A stretch of DNA of 64,000 nt from Phoronis australis. Lineage: Eukaryota; Animalia; Phoronida. This document shows, piece by piece, positions 41,596-54,084 of the stretch (positions are counted from its first letter, which is position 1; every line of letters begins with the position of its first letter). A program made the position numbers and the translations under genes. The notes under the pieces were generated by a model. It had not been told where the DNA came from and searched no databases. It worked only from the letters and a program-made list of their open reading frames with translations. The DNA lies in contig NMRA01000456.1 in assembly GCA_002633005.1 (NCBI GenBank), positions 63,147-127,146 on the forward strand, read 5' to 3'.

Positions 41596-44500
41596 CTAAG
41601 CATAACTCGGGGAGCTCTGCTGTCTGCCAGACGATGTCCCTCTGTCGCCATCCCGTACTATCGTAGATAAGTCAAGACGAGGCACGTGAACTTTGGAAAC
41701 ATTCATCTCTGCTTGTCTAGCTTGCAGTGTTCGTGAGCTACTGTCTATGTATCCCTGGTGATTGAAAGCCACCGCAGGCTGCCTGGGGGAGCCGTACAAA
41801 CTGCCTGCACGTGTACGCTCTAAAGGTACCTCACACAGCGATTCAGCCGAGTCAGAGTGATAGTCAGGAACTGGCTGCGAAGCCTGCACGTCGCCACTCA
41901 TCGTACCCATGGTAACGGCCAGAGGATGCGTAAGTGGAGGTGGCATGTTGATGCGTACTGAATGACCCCGAGGAGTGTACTCTTCTACAGGCTCTGCAAA
42001 GTTAAGGGCAAAAATTTATAATACATGTCAGTATCAGGGTTTTTAATCCTCAAATGGCAGAATTAGCAGCTAGAAAAATAAACTGTTTAACATTAAGGTT
42101 ATGTCGGACCATATCGTCAAGTCTGTACATTTAGTCAAATATCTAAAAACTATAGCATTTAACTGACAACAAAAGCATACATTTTCTGAAAGCAAAAAAT
42201 CAGTAGAATTTAATATTTGACTTTATATCAATCAGTCGCTAACAAGACCTTGCTTTTTAGGAAAATTTAGCAAAAAAGAAAGGTACACTGTCTCATAGAA
42301 AAACAACAGGATCGATAACATGACAAAATTCTGTATGATATGAATACTCAAAGTGAAATCACAAAAACGTTGCTACAGTTCTCTGAATTACTGTTTCTTT
42401 TTTGTTTTACTTAACTTTAAAAAATTCACGAAAACCATATAGGTGCTAGTTTTTGATAGCTCATCATGCAGAAGTGGACCATTTTCAAAACAGTTCCTAA
42501 TAGCGCAAACAACAAGTTGTTCCAGCAGCCTGGTCTCACTTTGTACACTAGTCTAGTAACAAGTCAGCACTCAACACAGGAGGAAATGCATGCTCAAAAA
42601 GTGGCAAAAAACCACGATATTGGTTGGCATTTGTTTGAATGAGGCCAACTGTGACAGTAAAAGTATACATACGTTTTGGAAAATAGTGTATATCGTAAAG
42701 TTTTTGTGAATCCGATCTGAAGTTGGCCAAAATTGGAAATTATTATTAAGTCCTACATAACCTTAGCAGGAGTGTTTTTCGTATCAACAAAGTGCAGGTG
42801 TCATTTCCTAAAGTGGAACTTGCACACTAATTCCTTATCTCTGTGATTACTTGGTCAAATTAGTTAGAAATGCAAGGTATTCCGACGATGTGAATATGAA
42901 GTAGGTTGAAAACCGCCTAATGTCAAAAACGATCCACCGTAAATCACTCAACTCTGTCCAGTAAGTATCGTGACAAGGTGTTGGGGAATAACACCGTATG
43001 ATGCGCGCTATGCGAGCCTCCAAGGCATGTCATTAGTTCAAAGGTCACCTATTAGCAGAATTTTTTGTTTTTACATGTACAAGTTGTCAATGAATACACT
43101 GAACATTATTTAGCATAGATGATGTTCAAATAGCATTGTCGTTTAGTTCCTGTTGTACATTAGCATAGTTAAGAGCATGCAAATACATCTTTAAAGTCGC
43201 ATATAATTATGTTCGTTAGAAAGAAAGGCTGACACTGAATAGTGTGACGAACAGACAATACCCAAACAACAGAATGTCAACTGCATTATGAAACATGCCA
43301 CATTCTGTAACATGCCATTGACTCTTAAAAGTAATAGAAAAACTAAGAATTAGAGTTTCTGTTAACTGAATAATGAAGACACAAAATAAGGATACTGGTA
43401 ACATCTTTGCAATTTTATCTTCATGGACTTTCTTGGATACACTGCATATTCTTAATGCTACATTAATAGTTATAGTTTTGTACCTGGCGTGGCGGAATGT
43501 AAGGACCACTGCTGACTTTTGGCTGTAGATGGCTCAAGAGTAAAGTGCTTTGCATTTGGCTGAGGACTAGACTTTTTCCGCCGTGGTTTTGGTTTGAGAA
43601 CTGGTGACTCCTTGTCAGTACGAGGCGGCTCACGGCTCTCAAAGAATGGCTGACTGTCCTCAGAGGCTGCCCCAGTTGGCTTTTTAACATTTTGTTTAGC
43701 AGTTTGGCCAGTCTTGCCTCTGCGTTTGAGCAAAGGCTTATACTCTTTGAGAACTGCAGACTGGTGATTATTACTGGCTAACGTATTTTCTACATTTTGC
43801 TGCATCTTAGTGTTTTTCTTGGGTCTTTTCTGAGGCTGGCTCGACACAATAACACAGTCAGAATCGCTGTCCTGCACCAATTCCGTGATGTCCTTCACCT
43901 GTTCACCGGCACCCCCTCTGTCGACTTCACTGCCCTCGCCAGGCCTCGACGATATGGCCACTTGGTGTATTAAGGTTTTTGAGCAAGGTTCCCCATTACT
44001 TTTCACACTCTCCACTGAATGTCTTCGCTGCACTTTCTTCTTCTTCTTTTTCTTTTTACGAGGCTCTTCTAGACATGTAGATTCTGCTCTCTACAGCAAT
44101 AAAACCAGTATTACAAGACGTGATGTAAGACATCAACAAACTAAAGAAATCATCCATAGTTAGGCGAGTCAGACATTTCATTCTGAGTGCTGCGAAACTG
44201 ACAAGAAGAAAAGTTTATCAGGATTTCAGCCATGCCACAATAACAGGCCGGACCAGTTGAAAACCGCAACACTCACTGTACAGAAATGACAGTATAATAA
44301 AACACAATAAATAATCATAATTTTCATAATGGTAATAAATCCACAACAGGTCATTTCTTTTGAGTGGCAGATAGAAAAAAAAACACTTACCAGGTCGTGG
44401 TCAACGTTGCTTCTTCCATTTTTTTGTCTTCTCCCTAACTTGCTACCAACTTCTTCCATTTCCATGTTGTTTCCATGGTTACTATTGTCATGCAGTTTAC

Positions 44501-47500
44501 CATTACTAATGGTATGAATGGGTTTAACATCGTCATCACTGAAAATATCAATGAGGAAAATGCATTATAAAAATGCATCCATAATCAAATTATTTATAGT
44601 GTCTGAAGCTTAAATCGATTTCTCTCACCGCATTTAACAGAAGAGGCAATATCCCAATCAAGAGAAAAAATGTCAACAGTACGAGTTTTGAAAATCCATC
44701 CACCGATAATTTTGATCACCTCGGCTCTTTAAAGAGACAAGGAACTTCAGCACTTCTGTCAGTTCTTTCAACAGACATGTCCGATTCCGTATAGCGTTTT
44801 CTTGAGGGAGAAGCTATGTACAGACAGACGAGGCCTGCAAGTAGTGGCAGCTGAAAGCTGGGCACAAAGCTAGGTGCTACTGCTGCTGCTTACCACACTA
44901 GACGCTACTCCACAACCTGTGATCAAACGACCAACACACTCAATTGTCTACAACTTAGATTTTTTGTACAAAACGTCGCTCACTTACAACAGTGTCGGGT
45001 AGTTCACTGTGAAAACAAATGAACGAATGAACGAACTTGTTCAGTGTTCATTTTATTTTAGTTCAAAGGACTATAGGAAATTACAGTTCACACATAACAT
45101 GTGAGAGGCATGTTATGCACACAGCGACCGGATGTTTTCTATCATTTTGTCAGCGTTACTTACTCAGACAATCTTTTCTCTTGTTCCACTTCACCTTCAG
45201 ATGTAGGCAGCACCTTTGACTTCTGTAATATTAAGCAGTGTTATGAGTTTGTGCTGCACACCATTAACATAGGCTAAGAACAAGGAAAGAAGCCATCTAA
45301 CACACCGCATAATTCGGAAAAACGTTGAGAACTAATCAGTTATAGATTTTACAAACACAATGAACACGCCCGTTTTCATTACCAGTTCATTAACAAAAAA
45401 CAACAAAAATACTCATTTTCATCTTCATTTAAAAACACAACTTGATTATCATAATTACAACCATCTGACTTCTTCACTTTAATAACTGAATAAAAAACAA
45501 AACAGTTGCTTTAGTAACTAGCAGAAATGAATAAATAAAAATAGGATGTTATTAAACAACCTCACTGTCACTTTTCACAATAGAGTCAGGCACTGTAGAA
45601 TCGAAAAAAAAGGATTAATTCAAAGATATACTATTAAGGGTGATATTTAAGGTTATGTAGGACCCCAGAAAAATGGTCAAATTTGGCAAACTTTTGGAAC
45701 ATTATATCTCAGACACGGTTATTAATCAGATTCACTTAAAACTTACTGATAATATGCTTCATACACTGTTCTACAAAATGATTCTAGGGATTGTTTTTAT
45801 AATGCTCCACTGTTGTATGAATGACTATCGAAAATATAAACTTGTAAGATTTTTATGAAAAAAGTTGAAAGATGCATGAAACAAAAATAAAATAATTTAG
45901 AAAACTATATCAACATTGCTGAGATTTCATCTTCAATACAAGTATATCAAATGAAATTTAGTCATGTTATTGATACCAATGTGTTCCTGTTTACTAAAAG
46001 ACATGATCATATGACCCAACTAATGACAGTTCGGTATCAAGTCAAACATAAATTCCACAAGCGCTGTTTGTACTTTATTAGGAAATATACAAAATATATC
46101 CGTAAATATTTGGCTAAGTAAACGAACTTGTCAATAAGGTCCCACATAACCTTCATCAATTTTCAACATTTCTATGAAAGCTGACACAGTAAACAATAGA
46201 AAAGCTGAAGATAATTGGCCAACTTCGTTACCAAGGATGAAATTTCCCTGTTTTGCTATGAATGTACCTTAGTTACTTCCACATGAAAATTTGACTTAAA
46301 AACGTGGTCACGAGACAATAACGAAGACACAGTAGTACGAGATTTTAAAATCATGATGTCAAATCTTTGCCAGGTAATCAAGATTTCTGGTACAAAAACA
46401 CTATCAATGGTCAATGAAGGGCTTTGGTTGAAAAACATACCCGCCAGCCTAGTTTCACACCTAACATTTTAAATTTGGATCCTGAATCGAGATCAGTTTG
46501 AATTTTAGACCATTAAACTTCAACAATAGACAGTCTAGAGGCCATAGGATTAAACACAATTCGACAGATAAGTGATTTGCATAAATTTCTAGAAAATTTT
46601 AAAAACTTTTGTCTGAGAATTGATAAAATGAACCTCCTGGTGATCGATAATGTCATTAAACTGTAGTTATCTTACGTGAAATTTAGCAGAATCTAGTTTA
46701 GGAGTGGGCAAGTAACCTACTCGCCAATCGCAAAGTTGCAAAAAGATTTGAAGCTCTTAGAAAAGAGAGAGCTGAGGAGTTTTAGCCCAAGAACTCAACT
46801 GTCAAAAATGAAGGCGTCAACATTCCTTGAAAAAAATGGAAATTTGATTTTTGTCGAATTAAAAGAAAATTCCAGACAAGCTTTAGTAGCTCGGGAATAA
46901 AGAAACGCAGCTTGTAACTCTTGTGCGAAAATATGGAGATGTCTGTGAAAAATCACGGTTAAGAAAAAAAAATGTGATCACAAACACCTGCCAATTTCTG
47001 TGACCTACAAATATATAGTTTTTGGAATTACTATAATTCATTCTTAAAAAGTTAGTACAGAAATTCAATCCTCAGTAAAGAAGATAGACAATTACCTTAA
47101 TGTGAATTTCTTCAGACAAAAGTGATTGAATGGCACTGCCAGAACAATAGATATTATGTGCAGAATGAACTTAATCCAAGACTCAAATTAAACTTAATCC
47201 CAGAAGGATATCAAAACTAACTAAATGTAAATCACAATAACAAAAACGTGAAGTAAAGGAGAACCTATGGAAACTTCATTGTCCACAAGTGTCCGTGGTT
47301 CCTTCTGAGCAGTGTTGACAGTCGGTTGTACGCTGTTCGAGTGACAGCATGAATGAAAACAAGTGCACCACCCACAACACAGACCTCTGCCTTGGCGTGC
47401 AAATGAAACCGTTGAAGTTTCACGTACCGCTACAAGCAACAAGTTAAGAAAGAGATAGCTAAAGAGTGGTAGGCAATAAGCAGTGCAGGTGAAGACGAGA

Positions 47501-50500
47501 CGAGATTGACAAAAGCATGCAGAGAACCAACTGGATTCATGGCACCTTCATATAGTAAAAACCGTAAGCTGACAGAAGAAACATGGTGAAATATGAGCAG
47601 GGACTAGAGTTGGCACAGAGAGATGTAGAGGAGTCTGTGAATGGTCACACACTGAACAGACCTTGCCACAACAACAGCACTGCGGCTGACTGTCTTTCAT
47701 CGATTCATTTGAGCTATACTTGGCATCTCTGGCCTCTTCCTCCATTTTTGTCCGCTCTTGCATAATATAATCGTAAGTACTCAAATTTTTGCACACTGTA
47801 AAACAATTGTTATGAGCTGGATTACTGGAGTAGTGACCGACGGGCATAACACCACACACGAAAATTACAATACACGACGAAGGCGCGATTAATTAATAAA
47901 TATCAACTTTATCTCACTACTGAACAACATCCACAGCCAAACAGAATTTAGTATCATCTTAATGGCACATAATTGACTAGGAATGAAGTAATGGTTTGAA
48001 AATGTTCTTTAAACACTTTGACAATACTATGGTAAAATATGACAGATGGCACTCTAGGACAAAATTTCCCACTCCATTACTAGTCATCACAAAACAGTTG
48101 AACAGTCGACATTCAATATATGGTAATTCTCCAGTTGTTACGCACAAAAATAATTGAAAAAGACTTCAAAACCTCACAGTGCAAAAACCACGCTAGTAAT
48201 AGACTAAACAATTTTTAATCACAGTTTTCTACGGAGAAATTTGACAAAATAGAACTTCAGTTGTTGGCCGTGATGTGTGCTAAACAGGTCAATTGCAGCA
48301 GGGTATTAACTATCAAGACTACAGCTCGAGGTAAACAAATGAAACCAAGGTACAGCTTCTGTCTTTTTACTTGCCTTGATCTAATTGACTCATCTGTAAA
48401 AATGAGCACAAGCCATGGCTGGGAAGTGAGTACCCTGCGAGCCCGTACACAAGTTGAAACACTCTAATCTGCTCACACATCATACGAGAGTTAACAACCA
48501 GCCCAACGAACCTGATGGCTGGTGAGGGTATACTTCTACATTGTCATTGGTGAGAAACTTGCTCAAGTAAAAGACTGCGGACATTAGATCTTCGTTTCAA
48601 TCCAAAATCAGTTACATAATCAGCCACCTTGCATATTCAATACTGGCTAAGTTTAAATCAGTGCCCAACTTACTGAGGTAAATATGAAAGGACAAGAGAT
48701 GCACCAGCAGACACAGCGCCACCAATGCCAAGATGGCAGTCAGGATGATAATGGCCAACCACACCTCATCTGGTACTGGCTGGTAGAGCACGTGGAATAA
48801 ATCTACAATACGAAAACATTCATAAACAAAATGACTATAACAGAACAAAACTACATCTGCCATGGATGGTCTCTAGTAATCCTTTGAATTAGTAATACAC
48901 AGGATTAAACATTGCCAATTAAGAAAAGGCTGCAAAGAGTTCTTAATCAGAGTGGTGCATATGGTTAGATGACGTTTAATTTAACAAAGGTAGCCACGCG
49001 GTTTCCCGAAATCATGCCAAAGAAAAACCACGTCAAACATCTGCAATCTTATTACTCACATAGTCATTTCAATACAGCAAAACACTTGCACTGCAAGTAC
49101 TGCAGATATGCTATTTGTAAGGTCAGGATTTCATTCCAAGATTATGCCCTAGGAGCTTAAACTGGTGAGCCTAAAAATCAGGGAGTGGGTTCTTGCCCAG
49201 AGATGGGTGTTTAAATTGGAAATTTCAAGAAATTCCAGTTGAGTGCTTATCACAACATGAGAGCTTCAATTGAGCCAGACAATCACTTTGGTCACATTGG
49301 ACCTTGGACATTGTCGTCGACATACTAGAAGTTCAAGCAAGTTGATGCAAGGTTAGTTGTTGATGTGAAAGTTGAATTATAAGTAATAACATAATAGAAA
49401 GATTGATAACTATAATTATGTAATTTGTGAAATCTTATTGATTATGGACTAAAAACTTTGTTTTTTCACATTAGGACCTCTTGCAAAATTTTTGAATGTT
49501 AAATTGGAGTGGTGAGTTCGACTTATAGTAACTTGAACTCACATGTGGACGGATAAACTGCAGGCTGCGTCACAGCCCTTCTTCTACGTCCCTGCAAAGA
49601 TGTGCTGTTTCCAGGGGACACGGTCGTCATGGACGATGACTGAAGGCTTCTTGTAAGATTGTCTTCATGAAAAGAATAAAGAGAGTGAAAAAACACTGCT
49701 AAGCTCTTGAGCAAATATTGACACTTTCTTAAGTTGGCAGATTAAATCTAGAACAAATAGCGCAGAATGAGGTGGCATAAAATATCCAACACGGCGTCAC
49801 TGTTGTCTCTAGTTCCTGCATAGCTTGCTCTAATGTTATCACATTCATAAATGAAACAAAACACAATCAAAATCCACAATCAAAAACACTATGACTGAAA
49901 TCAAACAAGGCTATAGAGCCTGAACTCTTCATAGGAGACCTAACACCAAGACAAGTGTGAAGTTACTTGAACAAACTGTGATGAGTGTGGGCACTACATG
50001 CAAAACTTAGCAACAATCAAGTTTTGAAAACTTCAAATAAAATATGACGTTTGTGAGACGTCACTTCAACATAAGCCACATATTTGATTGATTCCTATTT
50101 TGCTTATTACAACAGTTTGATAAAACCAACTTAAAATGACCCCTGGGCCAGGCGCCATATTTATAAAAACATAGACGTTTTTCTCCACAACTTGAAGAGA
50201 TCATGACCAACATTTTCCACCATTAATGTGTTAATACTTCTAACATCAACTGGAAAGTCAAAAACAAAGTTATTTATCACTTCAAAAACGTTACCAAATA
50301 TTTGACACACACCGTTCATAATCACCGCTTTCTTTTCTATTTGGTTGCTCATTGTCATGTACAACCCTAATAACTTACCATGGTATTGTTGTAAAAGAGC
50401 ACCAGATTGTTGGTCGGTATAGTACGCCACTACTTGTAAGATGCACAAAGCTATGATAACAAGACAGCCGATACCAGCAGTAGCTAGAGTGGCGATGAAT

Positions 50501-53500
50501 AACCTGACAACATAGAGGGGAAAATGTGTCAACACAACTAGAGTTTTGGGGCAGTTATCTGTCCACAGCAATAACATGGGTAAGAGCACAGACAGCGCTG
50601 TTGGTGCTGGTCTCTCTTTTGCCTGAAAACTGAGTTGCTGACTTTTTCAAAAAGGAAATCCATCTGAGACAGTCATGAATGATCAGAGGGATTTCTAGTC
50701 TTTCGCCCATCTCTTGGCAAATTAGGGCATTTTAAGTATTGCTTAACATAAAGTGCCCTTACGAAGTTTTAAGAAAACACAAGGCCTTGGCCAAAATTGA
50801 TGTGGGTGGACGATTTCTTTCAGTCGGTGAGCACAGGTCTCAAAATGATTAGCAAAGTGAGTCAAACAGAGTGAAATTGGAACTTTAAACAAGCTTACCT
50901 GTAGTTCCTTCCCCCAACACAGTTGTTGAGCCACTTACAGTGGTGGTCAAAGTCTGACACACACTTGTTACACGCACTGCAGTGTTTGGACCGGGGACCA
51001 CTGAAAGGAAAGAGCAGGAAAATTTGAAGTATGAACACTACCCGAGCCATTAACTACAGGAAAATTTGACGTTTGAACACTACCCAGGTCACTTACTACA
51101 GAAACTTTTGAAGTATGAACACTATCTGGGCCACTTATTACATCAAAATTTGAAGTATCAATAATATAAAGGCCATTTACTACAGGAAACTTTGAAGTAT
51201 GAACGCTATCCGGTCCATTAACTACAAGAAATTTTGAAGTATGAACATTATCTGGACCACTTACTATCAAAGTCAACACAAGCATGTATAGCCTCAAATC
51301 ATACAGATTGGTCACTTGCATGATCAGTCAATGACTAGTGACGTAAACCCTGCACAGGCATAGGTGATTTTTTTTAGAAAAAGAGATGAACCGACTGGAC
51401 TGACTGAACAACCACTTCTCGTACCAGTTAAACGTCAAGACTCCCATCAAAAAAATTGACATGAATTTTTAGTTGCAAAATCGAGTTCCTTGTACGAATT
51501 ATGTTGCGTCTCAGATCTCCTCCAATGACCTACTATTAGGTTATCTAGTCAATACAGGCAGAATTGATCATTAAGAATGGGAAACCGTATTTGTCTGTTT
51601 TCTTTTGATGCACACGGAAGAAAAAAAAACAAAAACAGCAGCAAGACTGGGAACTTTGAAGTAGGAAGACTTAGCAATTGGTGAACGCAGCACACTAAAT
51701 GAAGGGGTTGAGACAGCAAAGGACGGAAAACTTACACATCCACTTCACACAAGTAGCAGAATTGGTCCTCGATTACGTGATTGTGCTTTGTGCGGTCAAA
51801 CACAGGCATTGGTTTCTGGCTGGTCTTTGCACGGACATTATCGTCCGCAGGGTTGATGGTACACGAGGCGATATGAACGATGAAATGAATGGCGAACGCT
51901 ACACCAAGAGACTGAATGTTATGTCAGGATATCATAATGATGATAATAAGCAGCATTCTACACTACTTAATGGACAACTCAAATTGTCATGCAATGTAAA
52001 GAATAAACAAATTGTAACAAAATATCAAAATACCACAGTGGTGCATACTGGTAGTTGAAAATCTTGCTCTACATTATGGAATTAGTCACTCAGAACTGAG
52101 CAATAAGACATGTGTCCCAAATAACGCCCATCTTTAGGTTGGCGCTCTATTTTCAAAATTTTACCTTTTAAATGCCCATTTTATGCCCAACCGAATATTT
52201 ACTTCCTTAAAATACCTCATCTTTGCAGTTATGTATGTGTGTAACCCTCAACCAGCACATTACCTGCATTCTGCGGATTTTTCTGGTACTGTGGCACACG
52301 AAGCACAACTCCCTGAGGTAAATTTGCAGTTAGGTAACGCCCACCCAATTTTCACTCTTAAGCCCCCAGACTCGACTCAATGCCCACCACATGATTTTTT
52401 GAGTCTTTCAACTTAAATAAACACTCTGAGAGTTAATCGGCCAATACACTATCAGCTCTTTTAAATCCTGAGCGCTTTGAGGTAATTTTCCTGTCTTTAT
52501 AGCAGGTGAGTCCATGTCAAATATAAGACATTGTAGACACCACACCTTTGACACAGTGCAAACAGATTACATTATAGTGACCATCAGCAAAATGTATTTT
52601 ATGTAGCATTTATGGCTTATCACAGTTTCTGGCCAGGCCTTATAAATGGCTGCTGACATCAATAGGGTTGTCCTGGATTACAGCGACACTCGAATCTCGC
52701 TATATTTACACACAATGCCGTAAATATCCGTCAGTCATATTTGCTGCCTCGTTTTCCATCCACGAGAGTTTCACATGTTGTTTGTTGTTGTCTGATTCTT
52801 TACAAGTTTTTTTTCAGTCGCATTACTCCATTCGTCCTTCTAATGCCAATGAAGTATTACTGCTGTGTTGTGGGCTGCAACTCCAACATGAAAAGTTTGA
52901 TAAACTGGACAAATACCCGTGGATGCGTGATCTGAAATTCTTCGCCTTCCCGACATCAATGAGTCGAGACACGTAATCCAGGACTGCCCAATTATCTAGT
53001 GCTATGTCAGTACATGCGAACTGTAGCACTGTTGAAATAGATTGATTTGGCCTTGCAAATGGCTGCCAATAATCTTGCGCTATGTACAAATGTCACAGCA
53101 CTGTTGAGACTTATTTGTCGATTGATACTGCATTCTACTACAGTGGAAAACTATGGCAGAAATTCAGCTTCAATCTAATTCTCATCTGTAGTTTGTGTCT
53201 ACTTAGATCAGAAAAAATGTAATGAACATCAAGAAAATTTCTGCTCGAAGTTTGATTTCGCTTACAAGAGAATTTTTACCATATGATCTGCGGGATGTGG
53301 TAGAGTAGTTTTCAATGTTTCAAACTCCACAATATGTACACAGAATAATCACCACCATCATACAATGTTTCACCTTTCAAAAGGATACAATGTAACCAGC
53401 TGGCTGCCATGCTGTGGGAATGCCAGGAACTATTGTGGTGAAGTAGATGATTCCAAAGAAGATGAAGAATATCCATGCGATGAACTGGAATGGATGAGGA

Positions 53501-53553
53501 GGACAAGACCACCCATTCTTGCGGCTCTTCTGTGGGAAAGAGTCGCTGGTCAT
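41596..53553 (-). CDS. ZDHHC1: DHHC palmitoyltransferase, ZDHHC1/ZDHHC11 subfamily (about 720 aa, 11 coding exons)
   Basis: Exons 53553-53389 ([14 protein letters not shown]), 51911-51736 ([31 protein letters not shown]), 51000-50899 ([31 protein letters not shown]), 50503-50379, 49662-49543, 48802-48674 ([12 protein letters not shown]), 47795-47662 (LSTYDYI), 45222-45164, 44538-44391, 44090-43484 and 41993-41596 ([10 protein letters not shown], a ZDHHC1-like tail motif). Phases are consistent; the tail exons are less certain than the core. Confidence 0.9.
42097..42762. mobile_element. TTAA-targeting non-autonomous DNA transposon (Kolobok-like)
   Basis: TTAA|GGTTATGTCGGAC ... GTCCTACATAACC|TTAG. 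The same TIR recurs at 45651-46151. Confidence 0.7.
45651..46151. mobile_element. TTAA-targeting non-autonomous DNA transposon (Kolobok-like), second element
   Basis: TTAA|GGTTATGTAGGACC ... GGTCCCACATAACC|TTCA. The internal sequence resembles degraded segments at about 56150-56330 and about 57600-57790. Confidence 0.7.
51015..51266. repeat. 42-bp minisatellite, 6 copies, abutting the acceptor of the DHHC exon
   Basis: Unit approximately CAGGAAAATTTGAAGTATGAACACTACCCGAGCCATTAACTA. It produces the repetitive [17 protein letters not shown]. Confidence 0.9.
51912..53388 (-). other. U12-type GT-AG intron (ZDHHC1, after the first coding exon)
   Basis: 5' site GTATCCTTTT (53388 downward). Branch TCCTGAC (51929-51923) lies about 12 nt from the AG, with no long pyrimidine tract. 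The phase-0 join AGYI|SLGVAF is correct. Confidence 0.92.
52664..52990 (+). mobile_element. Internally deleted TIR transposon carrying a frameshifted THAP-domain N-terminus
   Basis: TIRs GGGTTGTCCTGGATTAC / GTAATCCAGGACTGCCC. From ATG 52843 it reads [15 protein letters not shown], then after a frameshift [17 protein letters not shown], matching the THAP C-x-x-x-C...F-F-x-F-P pattern. Confidence 0.75.
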
Positions 53554-54084
53554 GGTGATGGTGGCCTGAAATGGAAGACTTGTGATTACTATATGCACCT
53601 AAGAGTGTGACGCATGTTCCAGTGCAGGTGAATCAATTAGATTTAAGTGAACAGAAGACAGTTGAGAAAAGTTATGACATAAGGGTGTAGGAGCTCACCC
53701 ATGACTAAAAACCAGCCCGACTTGCCTTTGGAAACCTGTTTTATTTATTTTTTTTTATTTTTACAGTCAAGAAAGAGGTAATTGTTAAAAAGTTGCGCAA
53801 CCAATTTGTTAAATAAAATTACCTTAGATAGGAGAAAATGTGTCACGCCGATATTTTTAACTTTAGAAAGTTGTTTGCAAGCATCATAAAAACATATTTG
53901 CAGTACGAAAAGTCCCTACAGCACATAACATCGGCAGTTTCATTGTTATTGGATCAAAGCACTGCATGTTAGCCAATCAACGTTCTATGATGCAGCGAGG
54001 TGACCTACCTATGCCACATGTGGAAAAATAAGTCATTCCCTCATAACTCGCTTAATAGACTGCGGAAAAGGTGCGTATTCTGGC

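Noticed and set aside
44717-44860. Possible extra ZDHHC1 tail exon
   Set aside because: Most acceptor choices give stops, and the flanking exons already join in phase without it.
50968-51321. 117-aa ORF of 14-aa repeats
   Set aside because: By-product of a 42-bp intronic minisatellite. It is out of frame with the DHHC exon and has no ATG start.
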